Shown here piece after piece: positions 47,406 through 56,561 of a stretch of 64,000 nt of DNA. The notes beneath the pieces are model-generated. The model saw only the letters and a list, made by a program, of their open reading frames with translations, was not told where the DNA came from and ran no database searches. The position numbers and the translations under genes were made by a program. Location: the NCBI GenBank assembly GCA_965223855.1, contig CBDCXM010000009.1, forward strand, positions 1,344,001-1,408,000, in the 5' to 3' direction. This DNA comes from Candidatus Multivoradales bacterium. Lineage in GTDB: Bacteria > Acidobacteriota > Thermoanaerobaculia > Multivoradales > JAHEKO01. How positions within the stretch are numbered: position 1 is the stretch's first letter; every line of letters starts with the position of its first letter.

Positions 47406-48773
47406 TCAACCGGCCATTCGACGGACGGTCTCGACGTAGAGGTCGATACCCTTGACGAAGCCGGGCAGGTTGATCCTCTCGTTGGGGTTGTCGGCGCGGA
47501 ACGACTCGGTGTTGAAGATCACGAATGGAGAGAAACCGTAGGCGGCCACTCCGGCGTCGCGGAAGAAACGGGCGTCGGTGGCGCTCCAGGCGAGGAAGAA
47601 GGGGCTGACGACGGTACCCGGGTACTCGCGGAGGATCTGCCGCTCGAGCAGGCGGTAGTCCGGGTGGTCGATCGGGCTCCCCCGGATCGATCCCACGGGA
47701 GGGCCGAACTCGACTTCGATCCCGGCCCGCATCCACTCCGGTAGCAGTCGGTCCAGGGTCTCTCGGTAGGGGCTCCCGGGCAGCAGGTTGAGGAACATCC
47801 TCATGCGGAAGGTGCCGTCCTCGAGCTCCTCTACCGGGAAGGTGGCGATCTCGTCGATCACGAAGGAGCGCAGATAGGGCTGCGCCCGGCGGAAGCGGCG
47901 AGGCTCGACGGAGCCGTCCGCGATCCGGTCGAGGAGTTCTGTGAAGATCTCCTGGTCGCGAGTCTTCGAGTAGTCCCCCAGAAACCAGGCGACCTCGTCC
48001 ACGATGCGGGGGACGCTGTAGCGGAGCTGGTGCACCCTGATGGTGCGGGAGAGCTCCTCTAGCAAGTCGCGCCGATCGGCGCAGGCGGAGCCCTCCGCGT
48101 AGCGCTTCTGTGCCGCCTCGATCCCCCAGAACTTGATCTCCGACGTCGTGTTCGGCTCGATGATGCCGCCCTCGGTCAGCACGGTATCGAAGCGGGAGAC
48201 GAGCTCGGGATGGCGTTGGAGGACCCACCGGGTCCCGAGATGGCTGCCGATTTCCTCGCCGGACGTTGCGAGGAAGATTACGGACCGCTCGGGGCGGCGT
48301 CGTGACGCGGCCAATTGCCGCATCGTCTCGAGCTGGGCTATGGCGAGGCTCTTCATGTCGAAGACTCCTCTTCCGTAGAGGAAGGGCGGGTCGATGACCC
48401 CCTCGAACGGCGGATGCTTCCATCCCAGGTCGGTCGGCGCCTCGAACACGTCGATGTGGTGGTGAAGGACGATCGCCTCGCGTCGCTGCCCCTCGATGAC
48501 CGCCCACAGGTTCGCGTGGCCATTTCCGAGCTCCTCCAGCTCCGGTTCGAGGCCTGTTTTCCGGAGCTCTTCGGCGAGGAAGCGTGCTCCGTCGATCTCT
48601 TTCTCGCTGGTATCGATGCGCACGTACTGCTGCAGCAGCCGGACCGCGGGTTCTCCTTCCCAGTCCGCCACGGTGCGCCCTGCGTCCTCTTTCACCTCGA
48701 TCGGACGGTGAAGGTGGGCGACCATCGCCAGCACGGCAGCTACAGAGAGGGCTACCGATGCATAGAGCGCCAC
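47406..48773 (-). CDS. membrane-anchored M20/M25/M40 metallo-hydrolase (divergent)
   Basis: HHHIDV, GRGVFDMKS, GEEIG, LTEGG, ATDARFFR; final His ligand replaced (ADNPNERI). Confidence 0.85.
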   Translation of the reverse strand: MALYASVALSVAAVLAMVAHLHRPIEVKEDAGRTVADWEGEPAVRLLQQYVRIDTSEKEIDGARFLAEELRKTGLEPELEELGNGHANLWAVIEGQRREAIVLHHHIDVFEAPTDLGWKHPPFEGVIDPPFLYGRGVFDMKSLAIAQLETMRQLAASRRRPERSVIFLATSGEEIGSHLGTRWVLQRHPELVSRFDTVLTEGGIIEPNTTSEIKFWGIEAAQKRYAEGSACADRRDLLEELSRTIRVHQLRYSVPRIVDEVAWFLGDYSKTRDQEIFTELLDRIADGSVEPRRFRRAQPYLRSFVIDEIATFPVEELEDGTFRMRMFLNLLPGSPYRETLDRLLPEWMRAGIEVEFGPPVGSIRGSPIDHPDYRLLERQILREYPGTVVSPFFLAWSATDARFFRDAGVAAYGFSPFVIFNTESFRADNPNERINLPGFVKGIDLYVETVRRMAG

Positions 48774-48874
48774 CCGTGCGCTTCTGCGTGCACGGCGCTC
48801 GAAGGGGGATCTTGGTGCCGGGGGTTGTCGGGCCAGGGGAGTCTCTCCGGGTGTCGGCGGGTTAGGCTAGCCCC

Positions 48875-50431
48875 ATGTCCAAGAGCTCCGGGGCCGAGGG
48901 CGCCGCGATCGTCGCGATCGCGGCCGGTATCGTATACGCCGCCTTCGCTCGGCACGTCGTGGGCTTCACAGGCCCACCGCTCGACGACGGCTTCATCCAC
49001 CTGCAGTTCGCGCGCAACCTCGCGGCGGGCTCGGGAATGAGCTACTTCGGCGGTGAGCTGGTCGGCGGTTCGACCGCGCCTCTGTGGACTCTGCTCCTCG
49101 CCGTGCTGTCGGGGCTGCCCGGTCCCGCGCTTGTTTGGGCACAGGCGTTCGGATTGCTGTGCTTCGCCGCGTCGGTCTTCCAGACGGTCGGACTGGCTCG
49201 CGACCTCGGAGTCGATCCACTTCTGGCCCGTTTCGCCGGCTACCTCGCGGCGACGACAGGGCCGCTGGTCTGGGCTTCGGTCTCGGGGCTGGAGATCCCG
49301 CTCTTCGCCCTTCTGAGCCTGGCCGCGATCCGACGCCATCTGCACGACCGGCAGCGCAGCGACGGCGTTGCGTTCTCGCTGCCGCTGTTCGCGCTGGCGG
49401 TCCTCGCGAGGCCGGAGGGGGCGTTGCTGCTGGCGCTCGCAGTGATCGATCGATTGGCGGTGCAGCGCTTCCGACCGCGGGCGGCGGTGCGCTCCCTCGG
49501 CCCGGGGCTCCTCCTCGCCGGCCTGCTGCTGGCGCCGGTCGCGTTGTTCCACCTGCTGTCGGGCGGCAGCCTGCTGCCGACGACGTTCGCTGCCAAGGGT
49601 GCCGGGTGGCACCGCCTGACTCCGGACCTGCGGTACCTCCACACCGTGATCGGTATCTTCCTGCGGGCGCAGCCGGTCGCGGCGCTCTTTGCGATCGGCG
49701 GTCTGCTGGAACTGCTGAGGCGTGACTCCATCGTGCCGGATGCAGGCCGGGCCGCGCTTCCGGCGCTGTGGTGCGTCGGGTTGCCCTTCGTCTACTCGCT
49801 GCTCTCGGCACCCGGTCCGGCGATGGTCGGCAACTTCGGCCGCTACTACTATCCGCTGCTGCCGCTGGTCGTCGTCTTCGGCTGTCTAGGTCTCACCCCG
49901 CTGTTGCGGCGTCTCAGGGTTGCGCAGGGATGGGCCGCCTCGCGCTGGGTGGTTCTGCTCCTCGCCCTCCTGGTGGCCGCTCCGGCGCTCCATCGGCTCG
50001 GGCTGACGGCGGGTCGATTCGCTCAGAACGTCCGCAATGTCCACGACGGCGATGTCGCTGCCGCGCGCTGGCTGGGCGAGCGTCTGCCTCCGGAGGCGAC
50101 TCTGGCCGTCAACGACGTCGGTGCTCTGCAGTACCTCCTGCCGCAGAACCGGGTGCTCGACCTCGCCGGTCTCGTCACGCCGCGGCTCACCGCATACACT
50201 CGCCTCGCGCTCGAGTCGGGGCGGCCGAGGAACGACGGAGTGACGGCCTATCTCGCCGAGGCGCGGCCCGACTATCTGGTGATCTTCCCGGAGTGGTTCC
50301 CGATGCTGATCTCGAGTGACGTCCGCTATCGCCCGGTTCGCGAGTTCGCGGTGCCGGGGAACATCACGCTCGGCGGCAGTCGGGTCGTGGTGTTCCGCAC
50401 ACCCTGGACCGACGTCGAGCTCGAGCCGTGA
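48875..50431 (+). CDS. polytopic GT-C fold glycosyltransferase
   Basis: DDGFIHLQFARNLAAG, GSTAPLW, SGLE, RPEG, many TM helices, DVGAL, DLAGLV. Confidence 0.75.
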   Translation: MSKSSGAEGAAIVAIAAGIVYAAFARHVVGFTGPPLDDGFIHLQFARNLAAGSGMSYFGGELVGGSTAPLWTLLLAVLSGLPGPALVWAQAFGLLCFAASVFQTVGLARDLGVDPLLARFAGYLAATTGPLVWASVSGLEIPLFALLSLAAIRRHLHDRQRSDGVAFSLPLFALAVLARPEGALLLALAVIDRLAVQRFRPRAAVRSLGPGLLLAGLLLAPVALFHLLSGGSLLPTTFAAKGAGWHRLTPDLRYLHTVIGIFLRAQPVAALFAIGGLLELLRRDSIVPDAGRAALPALWCVGLPFVYSLLSAPGPAMVGNFGRYYYPLLPLVVVFGCLGLTPLLRRLRVAQGWAASRWVVLLLALLVAAPALHRLGLTAGRFAQNVRNVHDGDVAAARWLGERLPPEATLAVNDVGALQYLLPQNRVLDLAGLVTPRLTAYTRLALESGRPRNDGVTAYLAEARPDYLVIFPEWFPMLISSDVRYRPVREFAVPGNITLGGSRVVVFRTPWTDVELEP

Positions 50432-51531
50432 GCCCGTCGGTCCCGGCCTTCGACCTCGCCCGCGCGGCCCGACGCATCGAGCCGCGCTTGAGGGCGCGGT
50501 GGGCCGATCTGCTGGAGCGAACGGCCTTCGTCGGCGGTGAGGAGGTCACCGGCTTCGAGGAGGAGTTCCGGGCGTTTCTCGAAGTCGAAGGGTGCGTCGC
50601 CGTCGCCAACGGCACCGACGCGCTTGTGCTGGCACTCCAGGCGCTCGAGCTCGAGCCGGGCGACGAGGTGATCGTCCCGGCATTCACCTTCGTCGCCACG
50701 GCCGCCTCGGTCGTGCAGGCAGGCGGCACTCCGGTCTTCGCCGATGTCGATCCGGGAACGCTCAATCTGGATTTCACCGACGCCGAGCGACGGATCTCGC
50801 CGCGTACCGTCGGCGTGATCGGGGTCCACCTCTACGGCTGTCCGTTCGATGTCGAGGCGGCTGGAGCGCTGTGCGAACGCCACGGACTGTGGCTGGTGGA
50901 GGACGCCGCGCAGGCACAGGGTGCTCGCTGGCGCGGGCGTCGGGTGGGCGGTTTCGGCCGACTGGCGACCTGGAGCTTCTACCCGTCGAAGAACCTCGGT
51001 GCCTTCGGCGACGCAGGTGCCGTGACCGGTAACGACCCGGCCCTCCTCGACAGGGTGCGCCTGCTCGCGAACCACGGAGCGACCGGCCGCTATCACCATG
51101 AGCTTGTCGGCGCGAATTCTCGACTCGACGCTCTCCAGGCGGCGGTGCTTCGTTGCCGATTGGAAGGGCTCGACGCCGACAACGCCGAGCGCCGCTCGGT
51201 GGCGGCGCGCTACCGCCGCGCGCTGGACCGGTCGGAGGGCATCTGCTGGCTGCCGGAGCCCGAGGGGTGCGAGAGCGTCGTGCACCAGTTCACGGTCATG
51301 ACCGAGCGTCGGGACGAGCTGCAGGCGTTCCTGGCCGAGCGGGGGATCGGCTCCTCGGTTCACTATCCGACGCCGTTGCACCGTCAGCCCGCGTTCTCGC
51401 ACCTCGGCGCGGTCCCATCGCTGCCGGTCGCCGAGCGGGCCGCTGAGCGGGTTCTGTGCCTGCCGATGTTCCCCGAGTTGACCGACGAAGAGGTCGATCT
51501 GGTCGCCTCGGCGCTCGTCGACTTCTGCTAG
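50428..51531 (+). CDS. DegT/DnrJ/EryC1/StrS sugar aminotransferase
   Basis: NGTDAL, VHLYG, EDAAQA, SFYPSKNLGAFGDAG, NSRLD. Confidence 0.96.
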   Translation: MSPSVPAFDLARAARRIEPRLRARWADLLERTAFVGGEEVTGFEEEFRAFLEVEGCVAVANGTDALVLALQALELEPGDEVIVPAFTFVATAASVVQAGGTPVFADVDPGTLNLDFTDAERRISPRTVGVIGVHLYGCPFDVEAAGALCERHGLWLVEDAAQAQGARWRGRRVGGFGRLATWSFYPSKNLGAFGDAGAVTGNDPALLDRVRLLANHGATGRYHHELVGANSRLDALQAAVLRCRLEGLDADNAERRSVAARYRRALDRSEGICWLPEPEGCESVVHQFTVMTERRDELQAFLAERGIGSSVHYPTPLHRQPAFSHLGAVPSLPVAERAAERVLCLPMFPELTDEEVDLVASALVDFC

Positions 51532-53036
51532 TCCGCGCTCGGATCGAGCAGCTCGAGGTCGAAGTCCTGGTCGCCGACCGCGATCAGGTGCTCGGCGGGT
51601 GCGAAGGCGTCGCGCAGCTCGATCGTCTCGCCTTCGTCGTATTGCCAGTCGGTCAGGCCCGCAGCGATGTCGGTCATCGGTACGACGAGGCCCCTCCCGG
51701 AGAAGGTCCCGGCGCGTGCCTCGAGAGCGTCGCGCGAAGGCTGCTCGCGAGCGGTGGCGAGGACCAGCACGTTGCCGGCGCCCCGAACCGCAACGACCAG
51801 AGTCGTTCGGAAGCTGCGTCGCAGCGTGTGAAGGAGCGAGCGCGAGAACGGGTCGTGAAGACCGGCGGCGAGGTTCACGGCGAGAGTGCCTCCCTCGGTG
51901 AGCCGGCGGCTCGCCGAAGCGAAGAACTCCCGGGTCGTCATGTGAAACGGCACCGAGCGGCCGATGTAGGCGTCGACGTAGATCACGTCCCAGCTGCGCT
52001 CACTCTCGTCGACGAACCGCCGCCCGTCGGCGATGTGAACCCGCTGCCTCGGGTCGGGCCGCCAGAAGCCGTAGCGCTCGGCGACCTCGGGCACGGCGGG
52101 ATCGATCTCCACGAAGTCGACCTCGAGAGCCGGGGCGAGCTTGTGCCAGGTCTTCGCCACGAGGCCGCCCCCCATGCCGAGCACGAGGGCGTGATCGGGT
52201 GCCGGCGTGGTCAGGAACACCGCCGCCGCGTAGTGTCCGTAGCGGGAGGCGATCTCGCCGCTGTCGAGCCAGTAGGCCGATTGGGTGACGCTGTCGCTGC
52301 GCATGTAGCGCACGCCTGCCTGGTCGAGGATCTCGATGGTCTGATACGCGGTCCCGCGGACGGCGACGACCTCGTCGGGGCGTCCCGGGTCGGCCTCGGG
52401 GAGGGCGAACGCCGAGAGCCCGATGGTCAGCGCCAGTAGGCTTTCCGCCACGCCGCGCCCGCGCCCGACCAGAGCGAGCGCCGCCGTCGCTCCGGTGCCC
52501 GCGGTCAGCGTCGACAGGATGGCGGGCACGGGAAAGCCGGGGATGGCGACGAAGGTGCACAGCAGCGTGCCGGCCAACGAGCCCGCTGTCGAAGTGGCGT
52601 AGATGCGGCCGCTGATATTTCCGAGGCGTTCGAGGTCGTCGGCCGCTAGGCGGATGACGAACGGGGAGATCATGCCGAACACCAGGCCGGGCACCGTGAA
52701 GAGGACGAGGCACGCCAGGAGGGTGCCGCCAGGGGTCGCGCCCGTAGCCTCGGCCAGCTCGCGGCTGACGCCGGCGCTCCACATCCGCAGCGCGAGCATC
52801 CAGATGGCGGCGAGGAGGATCAGTCCGCCGAGCAGGCGTCGATCGGGGCGACGGTCGGCGAGCCGCCCCCCCCAGAAGTAGCCGATCGACATCGCGGCGA
52901 GGAACACCGAGATGATGGAGCCCCAGACGTAGACGCTGTTGCCGAAGTGCGGCGCCAGGATCCGGCTGGCGAGAATCTCCAGGGCCATCAGAAGCGCCCC
53001 GCACAGGCCGGCGACGACCAGCAGCCGGAGCTTCAT
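51528..53036 (-). CDS. fused MFS-like membrane / spermidine synthase-like SAM-binding protein
   Basis: MALEI..SRILAPHFG..YVW, STAGSLAG, VLGMGGG, VEIDP, DGRRF, IYVDAY, HMTTREF. Confidence 0.9.
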   Translation of the reverse strand: MKLRLLVVAGLCGALLMALEILASRILAPHFGNSVYVWGSIISVFLAAMSIGYFWGGRLADRRPDRRLLGGLILLAAIWMLALRMWSAGVSRELAEATGATPGGTLLACLVLFTVPGLVFGMISPFVIRLAADDLERLGNISGRIYATSTAGSLAGTLLCTFVAIPGFPVPAILSTLTAGTGATAALALVGRGRGVAESLLALTIGLSAFALPEADPGRPDEVVAVRGTAYQTIEILDQAGVRYMRSDSVTQSAYWLDSGEIASRYGHYAAAVFLTTPAPDHALVLGMGGGLVAKTWHKLAPALEVDFVEIDPAVPEVAERYGFWRPDPRQRVHIADGRRFVDESERSWDVIYVDAYIGRSVPFHMTTREFFASASRRLTEGGTLAVNLAAGLHDPFSRSLLHTLRRSFRTTLVVAVRGAGNVLVLATAREQPSRDALEARAGTFSGRGLVVPMTDIAAGLTDWQYDEGETIELRDAFAPAEHLIAVGDQDFDLELLDPSAD

Positions 53037-53062
53037 CGTTCCCGCACCCGGGTTCGCTGCGT

Positions 53063-53115
53063 CACGGACAGCTCACTCTTCACGGACGGCCCTCACGGAC
53101 AGCCCGCACAGACAT
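53063..53115. repeat. short intergenic direct repeats CACGGAC(A/G)G x3 plus one degenerate copy
   Basis: Copies at 53063, 53081, 53094 and CACAGACAT at 53107. Confidence 0.7.
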
Positions 53116-53132
53116 CCCCGGCAGTTGAGCCC

Positions 53133-54581
53133 TCACAGGTAACCCAGCGCCCGGAGCGTTTCCTCGTCGAGCGGTTCGACGGCGCTGTCGTCGTCCAGAG
53201 CGACGGCGGCGGCATCCGCCCGGGCGACGAAGCGGTCGAGTCGCGCCCTGAGGTCGGCAACGACCTCGGGGAGAGATTCGCTCAGGTCCTCGCGGTCTCC
53301 CGGATCCGCGTCGAGGTCGAAGAGAAAGAGTCTCTCGCCTGTGAGCGTGTAGTCGTCCTCGAGAAGTACGAGCTTGTAGCCGCCATGGACGAGCGCTCGT
53401 CCGACGCATCGGGCTTCGAGATCCGCTTCGACGAGAATCTCGCGCTGGTCGAGCCCGCTCACTTCGTGCTCCGAGCGCAGCAGGCGTGCCAGCGAGATGC
53501 CGTCGAGCTCGCGGGACGGCGGGATGCCCGCCAGATCGAGCAGGGTGGGGGTCAGGTCCACCAGCGAGACCGGCTCCGCGATTGTCCGTCTCGCAGGGGA
53601 GACTTCGCGCGGCAGCTTGACGAGAAGGGGAACGTGGATCGACTCTTCGAAGAGGGTGAAGCCGTGGCGGAAACCGCCGTGCTCGAAGAGCTCCTCGCCG
53701 TGGTCGGAGGTCAGCACGACGATCGAGTCGTCCCATTCGCCGGCCTCGCGCAGCGCCTCGAAGACCGCGGCGAGCTGATCCATCGTGTAGCGCACCGCCA
53801 CCGCGTATTGTTCTCGCAGGCTGGTGATCATCTGAGGCTCCACCTGCCACCGGAACTCGAGCCGGCCCGACATGATGCGGGTCTCGATCGGCGACTGGTA
53901 GCGATACTCCCGGCTGGGCGGGCGGCCGAGGAGGGTCGAGCGGTGTTCCTGCGGGACCCGGTAGGGGCCGTGCGGGTTCATCGGCTGGAGGTAGAGGAAG
54001 AACGGCTCGTCCCTTGGGGCGATCCACTCGATCACGTCGTCGTTCATTTCCGAGATGTCGGGGTACGCCAGTACCCCGCCGTCGTAGGCGTAGAACTCCT
54101 CGAACCCCTGGTCGAAGTTGCGCTTCGGACTGACGTTGATGTTGTGCGAGTGACCGCGGGTCCGGTAGCCGCGCTCTCGTAGTATCTCGGGCAGGGTCGC
54201 GACCGACTCCGGCAGGTACTCCGCCCGTTCGGCGCGCACCTGATGACGTGTCGGTACGAGGCCGCTCAGGATTGAGGCGACGCTCGGGCGGGTCCACGAG
54301 CCTGCGGCGTAGGCCTGCTCGAAGCGCACCGCCTCGCTCATGAAGTCGGCGAGGGCCGGCGTCGTGGGGAGCGAGAACCCGTACTCGCTCAGATGGTCTG
54401 CTCGCAAGGTGTCGACGACGACGAGGACGATGTTGGGCCCGTCGAACGGGACCTCACGGGGAGTGCCCGCCCCGCACCCGGTCAGCAGTGAGGCCGCGAC
54501 GAGCAGGGTCAGGGCGGCCAATTGGCCGCGGCCCGCGGAGTTCGCCCCGCCGGCTCGCAGTCGATGTGTCGTCGGTCCCAT
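53133..54581 (-). CDS. sulfatase-like (alkaline phosphatase superfamily) lipoprotein
   Basis: Lipobox LLTGC, NIVLVVVDTLRADH, SWTRPS, PHGPY, SDHGE, LRALGY. Confidence 0.9.
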   Translation of the reverse strand: MGPTTHRLRAGGANSAGRGQLAALTLLVAASLLTGCGAGTPREVPFDGPNIVLVVVDTLRADHLSEYGFSLPTTPALADFMSEAVRFEQAYAAGSWTRPSVASILSGLVPTRHQVRAERAEYLPESVATLPEILRERGYRTRGHSHNINVSPKRNFDQGFEEFYAYDGGVLAYPDISEMNDDVIEWIAPRDEPFFLYLQPMNPHGPYRVPQEHRSTLLGRPPSREYRYQSPIETRIMSGRLEFRWQVEPQMITSLREQYAVAVRYTMDQLAAVFEALREAGEWDDSIVVLTSDHGEELFEHGGFRHGFTLFEESIHVPLLVKLPREVSPARRTIAEPVSLVDLTPTLLDLAGIPPSRELDGISLARLLRSEHEVSGLDQREILVEADLEARCVGRALVHGGYKLVLLEDDYTLTGERLFLFDLDADPGDREDLSESLPEVVADLRARLDRFVARADAAAVALDDDSAVEPLDEETLRALGYL

Positions 54582-54656
54582 CGGGCGCCAAGACTAGCCT
54601 GCTTTTTCTCACCCCCTCCCGATGCTTAGCCCGAGACCCGGCGGTAAGATCCTCGA

Positions 54657-56561
54657 ATGTCGAATGGCCCTGCGCCCGAGCCGGTCCGTGGGCCGTTCCC
54701 GATCGTCGCCGCCCACGGTGCCCTGCTGCTGGCGTTGATGACGTGGTTGCGGCTCTCCAAGGCGCGTTTCGCCGGTCTCGACCCGTCGCCCCAGGCGTGG
54801 CTGCCGCTGATGGCCGCGGACGTCGGCTTCGTGCTGCTCCTGGAAGGGGTGCTCTGGCTGGCGAGCAACGGACGAGGGTCCAGAGGTTGGTCGGCTGCGG
54901 TTCACCTCGTTCACCTTCCGATCTACCTCTTCCTCGCGATCGCTCACCAGTTCTTCGTCAACACCGGGTATCGGCTGCCGTTCGACGTAGCCGCCTACGC
55001 CGCCGGCCGCCTGGGGATGCTGCGCGACCTGCTCACGGTCACCGGAGGCGTCGGAGCGTTGCGCGATGTCGCGATCGCCGGTGGTGCGTTCCTGCTGGCC
55101 GTCGTCGCCGGGCGGGTTTGGAAGCCGCGGCCGTGGGCGGTGTCGCGGCGGCTCGTCATCGGCGCCGCGCTGGCGCTCGGTGTGGCCCTTCTGCTCTGGG
55201 CTCCGTTCCGGGATCCGGCGGTCCGGGATCTCGCCCGCAACGACGTCGTCGCGTTCGCCGGGAGCGCGCTCCATGCGGCCGAGTCCGATGTCGACCTCAG
55301 CGGCTTCATGATCGAGCCGGAAGACTTCTACAGGCGGCCGGAGGTCGGCGCAGGGCCGGCCTCTCGGCCCAACATCATCCTGCTCGTTCTCGAGTCGACC
55401 GGGGCTCAGGCTGTGGGAGCCGACTTCACAAGTGGGCCGGAGACACCTGAGCTGGCGGCCCTTGCCCTGGACTCCGTGGTCGTCGAGCAGGCGTACGGCA
55501 CGGTGTCGCACACCTCCAAGGCGCTGGTCGGCCTTCTGTGCGGGATGCTGCCGCGGCTCGAGCTGGTGATCTCCGAATCGCTCGAAGGCAATCTGCCGCT
55601 GGCCTGCCTGCCCTCGATCCTGCGGGAGAACGGCTACCGGACGGCGTTTCTCCAGACCGCCCTGGGCGAGTTCGAGAATCGCCCGGGCCTCGTGGCCAAC
55701 CTCGGCTTCGAGCACGGCGCCTATCAGGAGACGCTGACGCGCCCTCCGTTCGCCACCACCGGCTACTTCGGGCTCGACGAGTTCGCGATGCTCGAGCCCG
55801 CGGTCAGGCTCGCGACCTCATCCGGGTCGCAGCCCTTCTTTCTGACGCTTCTTACCATCACTCCCCATCACCCTTACGAGACTCCGGGAGTGCCGATGGG
55901 AGACCGCCCAAACGAAGAGCTCTACCGGGAGGCGCTCGCTCATCAGGATCGCTTCGTCGGTGCCCTGAGAGCGTCGCTGGCCGCCGGCGGAGCGCTCGAC
56001 AACACGCTCCTGATCGTCATCGGCGATCACGGCGAAGCCCACGGTGAGCACGGGCTCTACGAGCACGATGTCGTGCCGTACGAGGAGGTGGTGCACACCC
56101 CCTGGCTGCTGCACGGTCCCGAGGCGCTGATCGGCCCGCCCCGAACGCTGGACGGGCTGCGTTCGCACCTCGATCTGATGCCGACGCTGCTCGAACTGCT
56201 CGACCTCGAATGGTCCGGCACGCTTCCGGGGCAAAGCGTGCTGTCGACTCCCGGCCACGAGCGGGTGGTGACGTCGTGCTGGTATCGGAGTCACTGCCTG
56301 GGACTGCGGCGCGACGATCGCAAGGTCGTCTATTCCTTCGGGCGCCGTCCGACCGAGGTCTACGATCTGGGTGTCGATCCTTTCGAGCACACCGATCTGG
56401 CGCCGACGCTGCCGGCCGACGAGGTCGAGACGCTGGAGGCGGAGATGCTCGCCTGGAAGCTCTCGGTGGATGCCTTCTGGGCGGGGCACCCGAAGAACGA
56501 GGGGCCGCTCTACTGGTGGCGGGAGGCGTCCGGCGATTCGTCTTCTGCAGGATCCGACTGA
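54657..56561 (+). CDS. LTA synthase-like membrane sulfatase-fold phosphotransferase
   Basis: About 5 N-terminal TM, NIILLVLES, SHTSKA (Thr nucleophile position), PHHPY, GDHGE. Confidence 0.82.
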   Translation: MSNGPAPEPVRGPFPIVAAHGALLLALMTWLRLSKARFAGLDPSPQAWLPLMAADVGFVLLLEGVLWLASNGRGSRGWSAAVHLVHLPIYLFLAIAHQFFVNTGYRLPFDVAAYAAGRLGMLRDLLTVTGGVGALRDVAIAGGAFLLAVVAGRVWKPRPWAVSRRLVIGAALALGVALLLWAPFRDPAVRDLARNDVVAFAGSALHAAESDVDLSGFMIEPEDFYRRPEVGAGPASRPNIILLVLESTGAQAVGADFTSGPETPELAALALDSVVVEQAYGTVSHTSKALVGLLCGMLPRLELVISESLEGNLPLACLPSILRENGYRTAFLQTALGEFENRPGLVANLGFEHGAYQETLTRPPFATTGYFGLDEFAMLEPAVRLATSSGSQPFFLTLLTITPHHPYETPGVPMGDRPNEELYREALAHQDRFVGALRASLAAGGALDNTLLIVIGDHGEAHGEHGLYEHDVVPYEEVVHTPWLLHGPEALIGPPRTLDGLRSHLDLMPTLLELLDLEWSGTLPGQSVLSTPGHERVVTSCWYRSHCLGLRRDDRKVVYSFGRRPTEVYDLGVDPFEHTDLAPTLPADEVETLEAEMLAWKLSVDAFWAGHPKNEGPLYWWREASGDSSSAGSD

